Positions 53,501 to 64,000 of a DNA stretch of 64,000 bases are shown in pieces. Each line of letters opens with the position of its first letter. Within the stretch, counting starts at the first letter, position 1. The DNA is taken from the NCBI GenBank assembly GCA_040954595.2, contig CM082597.2, positions 62,001 through 126,000 on the forward strand. Reading direction: 5' to 3'. Below the pieces are notes generated by a model. That model made no database searches. It was not told where the DNA came from and worked only from the letters and a program-made list of their open reading frames with translations. This DNA is from Balanoglossus misakiensis. Lineage: Eukaryota; Animalia; Hemichordata. Position numbers and translations under genes: made by a program.

Positions 53501-56500
53501 AGAAGAAACCTTCCTAATAAAATCTCGTGAATTATGGATCTCGTTCAATACAGATGAGAAAGATGAATCCAGAGGATTTGCACTGGAGGTGAAAGCAGGT
53601 AAGAGTTTTGGAAATTGTACAAGCTAGGGCTACGCTGGATGTCACAATATTTCCGAACAGGAGGCACTGATAACATCCCAACTGTGATGAAAGACACAGT
53701 GCATCAATTACAAAACGTAATTACAAGGAACAACACTTTTGCTTAATTTCAGATTTTAATGAATGTAACAGTAATCCTTGTCAGAATGGTGCCACATGTG
53801 TCGATGGATTTTTTACCTACCAATGTGAGTGCCCTCAAAAATTCACAGGAGTCAACTGTGAAATAGGTATGTATGTCATCAAGACTATATTTAGCTGAGA
53901 ATCTACTACTTGGTAACCACTGCTCTTTTCTGGTATTACGTTTGTTCTCCTCAGCGCGATATTTTAACTCAAATTGGGACAACATATATTGATAATCATG
54001 ACGGTTTAATGTTTCCATCACTTGACCTAGCCATCCATGAACCTCACGCACAATTCCTCTTGTTTCTTATTCTTAGATCGGTGTGGTGACACAGGTGTGA
54101 CTGTGGACATCGGAAGTTATGTCATCATAACGTCACCAGAATACCCTGACAACTATCTGAACAACGAACGATGTCTATGGACAGTTTCCTCTCCTGGCGA
54201 TACAGAACTCTACTTCCACTTCCTGTCTTTTAACACAGAGTCACATGACTTTGTGATTATTAAACCATCTGATGATGATGACCCCTTGACATTTACAGAG
54301 AATGCTCCTAAAATAGAGTTCAAAGTTCCAACTAACCATGTTTCAGTGTTGTTTACGTCAAATGCTGATGTCACAGACACTGGGTTTTCCCTGAAGGTCA
54401 CAGCTGGTAAGCTATAATGAAAATGGTTCATCCATGCATGCATTCATGCATGTAATCAGGCACTGTTCTTTATTGTTTTAAATCATATTTGATGAGGTTG
54501 TATATTTGTAGCCTACAGTTAATGTTCAAAATAAATTAAAATGCAAAGTTTTCTTGTTTTTATTCAAATGAGAATGAATTTCACAATGTACAACTACAAG
54601 TCGAGAGGATGCATATTGTATTGTTGTACATGTAAAAGAAAACTAATCAATACTTGTCATTTTTCACAGAACCTGCTTTCACAAGTAACTTAAAGCGTTA
54701 CAGCTTGTATGATGATGTCAAATTATCATGGGATATGGCTGAAAGTGTTTGTGAAAATAAAGGCGGGAAACTGGCTGCTTTAAGTGATAAAAGTATCCAT
54801 GATCACTTAACAATGTTGATCGAAAGTGAAGGTGTGAATGAACCGCGGTACTGGTTCAATGCTGTCAAAGATGCAGAACTGATGGACTGGTCCACGCAGA
54901 ATGGGAAAAAGTTGACCTGGTTTGACTGGGAAAATGGAGACCAGAATAAAGGGAATAGCCGACGATGTGCCAAAATCAGGTGGGTCTCCAACGCGAGTTC
55001 TTTCCTGATTTGGTGTGCCATAATCGTAAATTTCAAAGCCAAAGTGAACATATATCTTGCACTCTTAATTCAGACTAAATAATCTTGTCTGGTATGTCGG
55101 AAGTATGACTTGACTTGTCACAAGTTTGAATCAAATATTCTATGATAAAGTGGCATACCTGCGAAATAATTTAGACACGTATGATTAAGCTTACTGCTGT
55201 GATTTCTGTTTGTCATTGGGGAATTCTTTCCTTTCCACAGGAATACAAAATTCACCGGATTTACTTGGTCAACTTCTCGCTGTTCTGTTGAAGAGCATTT
55301 CATTTGCGAATTTGAAGGTAAATACATCATGGCATTGAAAACCTATCGATGGATTTGATGAATTCTGCAAGGTCTGCCATACCCTCTGATTTCATATGTC
55401 CTTTATTATTTCCTACTTAGGTCTCATCAACATTGCTTTCCTGAAGCCCACAGTTTTTAGAGCAACAGAAACTAGCTTTGATATCCCAGCTGATCATGTA
55501 GTTGATGGAACAAACCACTGCATGTTTTCAACGCCGATGGATTATGAGGGAGAAGACTCCAGTGCATTATGGGAAGTGGATCTTGAAGTCTACACACAAA
55601 TTATAGGCGTGAAACTTCACTTCGCGACACAATCAAATAATGGTATTGTCATTTAATTATTATTGTTATTATCATTATCATCACAACCATTGTCCCCGTC
55701 ATTGCCTTATAAGTAATTGATGATGCTGTCTTTCGATCTTGTGTACTTTTTTGAAACATGGCAAACCCATCTCTTTCCGATCACTTTCTAGATGCTAGTA
55801 CCATCAATATCAATGGTCTTGAAGTGAGGCTTGGAATGGATTCAATTTTGTGTGCACGAGTAACAGAAAACCAATCACTGACAAGGATAGCATTAAAGTG
55901 TGATCTCTTGACATATGGCCGTCATGTTAAGATTTCTCTACCTTCAAAAAGATTGTTAAATGTCAGTCTTTGTGAAGCTCAAGTCTTCGTTATGATTGGT
56001 AAGTTTCTTATCTGCATACTTATCTGCATCAGTCATCATGATTATTGAGAAATAAATAAAATCAGAAATTTTCACAAATTATCAGTTGACACTGAAAACA
56101 TATCATGAGCCATCGAAATCTCAAATTTGCAAATATGAAGAGAATTTCATTAGAGTGATTTGCAAACAGATTTCTAAAAAGTTCACAATCCACCATTGTG
56201 CATGTAGTAACAATGACATCCGTGTTCCAGATACCAAAGTGACATGCGCAAATGATGTTGCCTTGTCATGTCCAGACAAGACAGTGTTGGACATGATGTA
56301 CGTAAATTATGGCAGAACATCGTCGTCCCTGTGTCCCGGAGATTCTCGGGAAATGCTGCACACTAACTGCTATGCCAAAGGAGATATGATAAAAGATCTC
56401 TTGAATACTTGTGAAAATGAAAAATATTGTAGCTGGCACTTCGGCGCAGACGATCTGATGTCATCACCACAGTGTTTAGACACTGTGCCATATTTGGAAA

Positions 56501-59500
56501 CGGCCCATCAATGTAAGTCAGATAAGTTAGGTGTTCATCAAATAATTCAGATTACATTGAATTTTGGATACAATTTATCAAAGGAAATCAAATTACTCTA
56601 TAGTGCCTGATAAGTCCAATAACCTATGCAAAATCATTAACTCATGCAAGTAAAATTGTTGAGTCTTCATGTTTGTTTTATTTTGCTTAATTATCTATGT
56701 TTTTTGTAGGCTGTGCAAAGTATACATGGGGTAACATCACAACAGAACATGGCGACAGGATATTATGGCCAACATCTGGTAATGGCAGTTACTTTCTAAG
56801 TTTCGACATCTATCTTGATGTTGGCGTCCAATCATTAGCTATGTCTCTAAGAGATGGCAAAACTGGATATGTCGTGACACTGTCAACAAGATCTGAAGAT
56901 GTCACTTTGCAAAGGGAAGGTGTGTCAATATCTCCTGTAGTAAGAGGAGGATTTAAAGTCAATACAAGGATGACGTCAATATGGATTCGGCGAGAAGGAA
57001 ACCTCTATAATCTGTCCGTAGCTGATACAAGGCCATTCCTGACTTGGTCTGATAACGATCCTATTAATGTTCAATTTGTGGAGTTTCAGGCAGAAGGAGG
57101 CCGAGGATATGCCCGACAATGTCCGAGAGACAGTGAGTTGTTTGAATAATAATGCTTTCAATTTACACACAATGATTTGTACATACGTGATGGCTCATCA
57201 TGTCTTAATTATGTGGATGACCCACCAGAAAGATAGTTTGATAAGAACAAATATAATCCACCATTGTCAGATAAGAACAAAAACACTTATCCACTTTCCT
57301 ATATATATTTCACTAGCTACTTTCAGATGATCATTGGGATTCATCACATGATGTAAATTTTCAATGACATAAAGCTATTTTTATCTGACCATCCAGGATT
57401 CGACTTAAGGTGTTCTACCAACTACTGTCAAAATAATGGGACCTGCCGTTTAACCCCTGGTAACATGACTTGCCAATGCAAACCTGGTTACTATGGTGAA
57501 AACTGTCAACATGGTAGGTTGAATTTTGGTTGCTGTATTATTTGTTTGGCACATCAGAAACCCGTATCACAGTAATTTTTGAGCTAATAATAACAAAACT
57601 ATAACATTAATTACAGTCAAACAGTGGAGATCTGATCGACGTTGTGGACCACCATTTCCGAATGTAGATGGTTCCCCATCGATTTGCAATCCAAGAGGAG
57701 AGACACCATGCTGCTCTGCGGAATATAGATGTGGCAATGGAACTGAATATTGCAAATGTGACACGTGTATAGATTACCGTCCGAAAGGTAACTGGTTCAT
57801 GCACTTTATATTACATATCTTAGCATCTTTTGTCACCAATTGATATTAAAATGGCATGTCACAAGCCAAGCTGGTAGGATGCCGAGTGGGATGATTGCAG
57901 CATAGACATAAAACATTCGGAATAGGCCCAGATTGATGGTACTAAGAATTTTATCAATGCATATCATCACGTGATTTACATTTTTGGCAATTGTGTTCGC
58001 ACTCGTCTTTACATGATTTAGCTTCAAGATGATGTTCGTTTGGTCAACATTTTGGAGACACATCATCCCTTTGATTCATTTCCTTTACAGCGTCTTGTAA
58101 AATGCCTTTGATTCCAACCAACGGTTTCATCACATCTGATATCACCGACACTTTTCTTAGTGGTGTCGTTGTCAAGTTTACTTGCCATGCCGGCTTTACC
58201 CTGAATGGCACTTCGGAGATCACATGCTTAGATGGTGATTGGTCAGACCATTTCTCAGACTGTGTTGGTAAGTTTGTTAATGAAAAATATTGCCTTGTAT
58301 CTATGCTAATTATACTACACACTGAAGTAAATTATGCATGGCATGATATTATATCATATCTATTTAAATTGATAACAGAAAAATACATGGAATATTGCAA
58401 TAAAAGTCAAAACATCAGAAACAACAACACAATTTTGGCTCTGTTTTTCAGATGTTGATGAATGCAGATCTCTCAGCAATACTTGCAGCTCTGCTATAGA
58501 TCATCAAGAATGTCTCAACATTGTCAATGGTTATCAATGTATTTGTGCAGAAGGATACATCAACATTTCTGGTCAATGCGAACCATTACCACTACAACAA
58601 CCCAGAAGGTGCAAAGATACATCAGGTATGAAAGATTTCTTGTTTTCATGTATTAGATTTACGATGAAATGGTTCTTATTCTCCAATTCTAAGCGCATTT
58701 CATTAATGCACATGCCACTATGCTTTGATGTAACAGAAAAGACAATCCCAAGATGCATTGCGGTATATGGTAGTAATGGTGAGCTGTTGTGGCAAGACAC
58801 AAACTCCAATTGTTCAACAGATTGGATTCCTTGTTCAAATGGTCAAGTTGGTAAGTGAATAAAGGTCATTGATTAATCATGATGGGAATCCGAGTTAATA
58901 TACCAATTTATAATTTCTTGAGAACCAGATCAATCATCAAAACCATGATCTTAAGATCTGTATCAGTAGATGATTTTCAAGACTAAATGGTGGCGTTCTT
59001 AAAATTATCTTTCTGATGGTCATCATCTTGCAGGAAATATGAAGAGATCATGTGATATGTCTGGGAACTGGTTGACCCCAGATACAAGTGACTGCATTTC
59101 AGAGGAATTGTTGAACATTAGAAACAAGGTATGATGCAGATATACTGGTAGACTCAGGTCATGAAATTAACGGCATATGACTGTCTCACAAATGAAATGG
59201 CAATACCCTTCAAAGTGGTCTGTTAAGCAAGGGGCCACAAAAGTCTGACAAACTTTATGTTGTAATCCTATGGTATCCTACAACATGTATATCATCCATC
59301 TGAATGGTATAAATTGATTTTTAATGCACTTTGTGGCTCCATTCTGAACTATTGATGACCTTAATTACTAATTTACAGGTACAGAGTATCACCAATGCTA
59401 AACAATCTGCAGATGTATTATCATCTTTGACAAATTGGACAGATACTGGAGCTGTGACTGTTTCTGGTGATCTCTTAGCTGCAAGTGAAATAATACGTCA

Positions 59501-62500
59501 AGTACTCGACAAAAAACCATTAGCCCTAAATGGAGTTGCTGAAGAGAAGGTGTCAGTCATTCAGGTAAGCTAGCTAGAGGTTGAAAGACAAGTCCAATTT
59601 TGTAGCCAGGTGCATTATTTAACATTGTGTTGTTCCCAATATAGTTGTTTGATTGTGTATTTTTCACTTCATTAGAACATTACCTGCTTTTGATTAAACT
59701 GTTCCTACTAATGTTTGATATTTGCTTTCAATCCTATAGAATATATTTGAAGCAAGTGGTGCATTTTTGGACGATAAACAAAAGACAATGTGGAACAATG
59801 TTTACGAAGTGAGTCACCAAGCTTTATTTTATGATAGGGATAAATACCTTTGTTTCAATATTCTGGAGTTTATTGATTGATATACCGGTACAACATCATA
59901 CGGCAAAGTGGAATTTATTGGCTGTTAACATGTGCTAACAATGTCTTGTTTGATATATAGAATGATGGACCAACAGGTGGAGCAGAAACCTATGTTTATA
60001 ACTTGAAAACATTTATGACAGATGTCCATGGTTTTATGATGGCTAATTCTACTGGGAATATACAAGTTAAAACCAAAAATATTGGTGAGTACCATGACTA
60101 CATTTTCAGCATGCATACCATCAGATTTATTTGTAGCCCATTATGGTAAGATCAAGATGCTATCACTGTTTGAAAGATCTAAATTTGCCTTCATTCTTTT
60201 TGAAGATCTTGATGTGGTCATCCTCGATGCAAGAGAAGATGCACAATATTCGTTCCCACAACAAACAGGCACAGAAAGATCCAGATTGCCGCGTAGTGCT
60301 GATCGTTCATACAGTTATGTTGATTTGCCTAATATGGACCCCATCGACAGTGGTAACAGTAAGTAAACTAGTGATATTCAAGGTCAAAGTTATCTCCTCA
60401 TGAAAGTACACATCATCACAGTTGGTGACAATTTGACAATAATGAAAGTTTCAGCTGGCTGTGGAATGTTGTTGTGTACAGTATATGCTGATTGCATATA
60501 CAAAGTATGGGAAATATTAAAACTGTCATCAAATATGGCTTACATGTTTTAAAGGAATGTTATCAATTCCTATTAAAGCAGGTTTGTTTGTGTTTCTTTG
60601 TTTTTTTCATTATAGATGAGACTGCTGTTGTAACAATATCCATGTACAGAACCTTAGCTGATATTTTGCCAGCTAATTTTGTGAATCAAAGGTCAGTTTA
60701 AAAAAGTATTTTACCTAAATATCGATAGAAATTGTTTGTTTTTTATCTCTGTGTTAATTATCATTCATACTACTTTTATATACATATACATGTAAATTCA
60801 ATTAATATTGCTTTAATTACAGAGAACAGCCTATGTTTGCTGCTGCAAGTTCTTCAAGAGCAAGGAAAGTAAACTCGGATGTATTCTCAGCAACAATCAT
60901 CCCAAGTGGCACAGAGACTAACAACTTGAAAACACCAGTCACCATAACATTTTACCACCGTCAGGTATTCATTCATTTGTACACAGAAGCAGTTTCAATC
61001 CTATGTTTGACATAAATTGACCAAACCACTTTCACACAACAATATTTGCATACCTCTGCATTCACTATCTAACTTGACTTCCCCAATGCAACTTCTGGCA
61101 AGTGTTTTTAGTCCTTTGGGCATGACAACATATAATGGCCCAAAGGCCGTCATGAATGCTTATGGACCCAACGCGTTGCTTACTGCAGTGAAGACTATTT
61201 AATTAAACACTGAGAAGACAAGTCTTAATCCCTCACTTTAGCATCCTTGGCACAACACCACAATCATGGCGATTGTTTTCTTAGTTCTGGATCGAATCAC
61301 AGAAACAGAATGTGACACAGAATCTTATTTTTAAATTCACAGCCTGCAATAAACCCAGTGTGTGCATTCATTGCATATGGCCATCATGATGGGTAAGTTT
61401 TTTTCATTTTAATAACCTGATTCGGTTACCCTTTCCCTAAGCATCTTCAAATATAAACAAACAAAGTGCAACAACAATTGAGTCTAAAGCTTACAGAATA
61501 CGAGCATACCGGTAATGTACACAAAGTCAAATTGTACGGTAAACAATGAGTGTCTTTTTATGTATTATGTACGTCATGTTTTCTGTAATTCAAAGTATCT
61601 GATATGACATTTCATGCATGTTATACTCAGAGTGACTACACAGCAAGAACTAGAATCATTTTTTTTTACAGAATATGGAGCAAAGAAGGATGCTGGGAAG
61701 ATGAAACAAATGCTGAAGAAGGCTATACAATATGCAAATGTAACCATTTAGCAGAATTTGGTGTTGTCATGGAGATCCTTTCAGATGGAGAGGTACATGA
61801 GTCAATTTGATATTAGGTCCTTTATCTTCAAAAATCACAAATCAGTGGATTAGTTTGTTTCAATTATATCACAAATTTATATACAATATTGTTTGAGACC
61901 GACAAAAGTGATATAGAAGTAACTCTTAGAGATTAAGTTCAGATGCCATGAAGTTTCATGCAGTAAATGTACCCAAGTTTCAGTTGTAGATGGCATTTGT
62001 TTTCATCTCAAGGACATTGAGAGTTTTTCGACATTGGATCATGGTGCCCTATGAAATTTTTTGTGTTGTGTTTTATCAGCAAACTGACCAAGCGACGCAT
62101 GCGTTGATGGAAAATCCTCGTGATGTGGTTATTTACATCAGTCTAAGTGTGGCTGTATTCTGTCATGTGGCAACACTTCTAATACTGGTGATTTCATGGT
62201 AAGTATATCACCAGCACATGTGCAGATATAAACCATGTTTGGCAAAAAAAGACCTGAAACAATCGGCCACTTTCGTTGGGCGGATGGCATTACTGACTCC
62301 TCTCGCCCAAAAGGCAATAAAGGTTGACAGTAATGAGAGATTATTATCCTTAAATGTGAAAAACCTAAATCCAAGATATTACAGATAATAATTATGACCA
62401 ATTTCTCTACACAATGCCAGTATGCGATGTTATCAGACTTTCTACAATGCCATTATTGTGCATCATCCTCTTAATCCAAAACAGAAGCGACATTAAACAA

Positions 62501-63851
62501 AGTCTGGGGAGGAGACTGAATTGTTTTGATGAGCAACTGCTATCATTTTATCAACTTTGAAACATCAGCACAATGGAAAGTTAAACTTTGTGATATTTGT
62601 AACACACTGCAGACTTTAACTCTGGTGATTATCTTCTGTTCAAAGGCTAGATAGTGACCTTTATTTTGTGTTGAAGAACTTAACAATGTCATTGCTATTG
62701 ATGATGATCATGATGTTTACTGCCATGCTTATGGATGGAAAATCAGTAAGTAAAATTTGATACAGAAAACCTCTGTGTCATCCTTCATGATGGAGTCTTA
62801 AAATACAAATTTTAAATGGTGCACACATGTTTCTATGGTTACACAAGTTTATTACATTGTATATACTCTTCTGATGCTACCACCGTGTTAGAATACTTAT
62901 ATTCACTGTGATCTCACTGTAATACAATGTAGTTATGTAACTATTGAATTGGATAGTACTGATGAATATAACAAGCGCCCTCAAGAGGTACAGGTTAGTA
63001 ATAAAGTAGACGGATATTACTCTCTACTTAGAATTGACTTTTTTTACAAATTAACTAAATTGAGAAATTGCAGCTAAATGTTTGAATTGAAATGATAACA
63101 TAACTGATCATTTTACAGAGAGTGTGTCGTTTTCTGGCGGCGGGTATGCACACCGTAGTGTTGACAACTAGTGTCTGGTTATTCGTTGGAGGAATTCACC
63201 TATTCCTGAGGCTTAAAGTGTTTATTTACAAAAGTTGGAAAATCAGGTTTGTGAACATAGACAATATCATGTGTAACATAAAATGTGACTGTATGACACA
63301 TGATCTGAAACTAGAGAAATCCGTTCCTGACTTTCGATTTGAATTGATATTCAAAAGACTTCTATCCAGAAACTAAAAGAACTGTGACTGTTGGTCTTAA
63401 CTGTATTACCAAGATTCTACACAGATTTTTTTCATTGTGTGTGATCACTACTCATTAACGGTTTCCCCTTTCCTCTAACCTACTCGGGAAAAACTTACAG
63501 AGTGGCTTATGTTCTGGCTGGATGGATGGCACCAGCTATTTATGGAATGTTATGCACAATGTTTGTCCATGACAATTATCGCAAAACAAAGGGGTAAGTA
63601 TACAGCTTTGATATAAGCTTTCAAATACATTTCACTGTGTCTGTTATCCTTATACTTTGCTAGCCAAAGCATACCTATTTTCATATAATAGTTTTAATCA
63701 TGACAGCACTGGTCCTTTGCATACATTGTTGTGTTGACCAGAGATCGTTGACTGATTTCAAGTCATATTCCTGTATTTTTTCTGCAGTTGTTGGGTTGTC
63801 ACAGGAATGCCATCACTGACTACAATAATTCCAGTATTGGTACTTTTTACG
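47501..63851 (+). CDS. Mosaic adhesion G protein-coupled receptor (family B2), 3' end outside the window
   Basis: Signal exon 47501-47564. CUB exons 48941-49297, 49922-50278, 50748-51086, 51478-51825, 52451-52795, 53263-53598, 54077-54406 alternate with EGF exons 49546-49662, 50431-50544, 51229-51342, 52023-52136, 53001-53114, 53753-53866. CTLD 54670-54979+55241-55317; F5/8-like 55421-55642+55792-55998; SUEL 56231-56512; beta-rich module 56710-57132; EGF 57397-57513; hevein-like 57617-57787; CCP 58091-58267; EGF-Ca 58452-58625; HormR 58737-58850+59034-59128; GAIN exons 59379-60964; GPS 61343-61392+61672-61792; TM exons 62080-62198, 62646-62745, 63119-63246, 63501-63593, 63788-63851. All junctions are in phase. 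Confidence 0.92.
61343..61792 (+). other. GPS motif exons of the adhesion GPCR
   Basis: Spliced product [46 protein letters not shown] has the C..W...GC...CxCxHL signature. Confidence 0.9.
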
Positions 63852-64000
63852 GTAAGTCTATATTCAGTTTTACTTGTGTTAACATCATTGGCCACTTCTT
63901 ACATAGACTATTGATTCTTACTGCTAGGGTTCATGTTGGTCCCAACTATATATAGTGTAACACTAAACTCCCTGAAGTACAAATATCAGATTCCCTAAGC

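Noticed and set aside
63247-63500. Possible U12-type intron (TTTCCTCTAAC near the acceptor)
   Set aside because: The donor is GTTTGT, not the GTATCCTT required for U12 introns.

Overview
Eukaryotic, AT-rich, intron-dense genomic DNA, most likely a marine invertebrate (hemichordate or other invertebrate deuterostome is a guess from gene content and repeat style). Four protein-coding loci, all with GT-AG splicing traced by hand. (1) A giant minus-strand gene starting at 38638 and running off the left edge: about 64 exons, roughly 5,100 aa inside the window, a signal peptide followed only by Cys-rich GCC2/GCC3 (Ephrin_rec_like) repeats. It has a ~700-aa super-repeat and a >4.5 kb uninterrupted exon that the ORF track misses. 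(2) An intronless 176-aa type II membrane protein carrying only the N-terminal glucosidase II beta (PRKCSH-like) domain. (3) TOMM70, 11 exons, 587 aa, head-to-head with gene 2. (4) A mosaic adhesion GPCR from 47501 off the right edge: (CUB-EGF)x6-CUB-CTLD-F5/8-like-SUEL-unknown beta domain-EGF-hevein-like-CCP-EGF-HormR-GAIN-7TM, whose GPS site reads HL|A instead of HL|T/S. Introns of gene 1 contain a tRNA-derived SINE, a hAT-like TIR element, a double-hairpin element, a fossil DIRS-type tyrosine recombinase fragment and a dimeric minisatellite. No prokaryotic systems, CRISPR, rRNA or tRNA genes were seen. Most ORFs in the supplied track are off-frame shadows or exon plus intron read-through.
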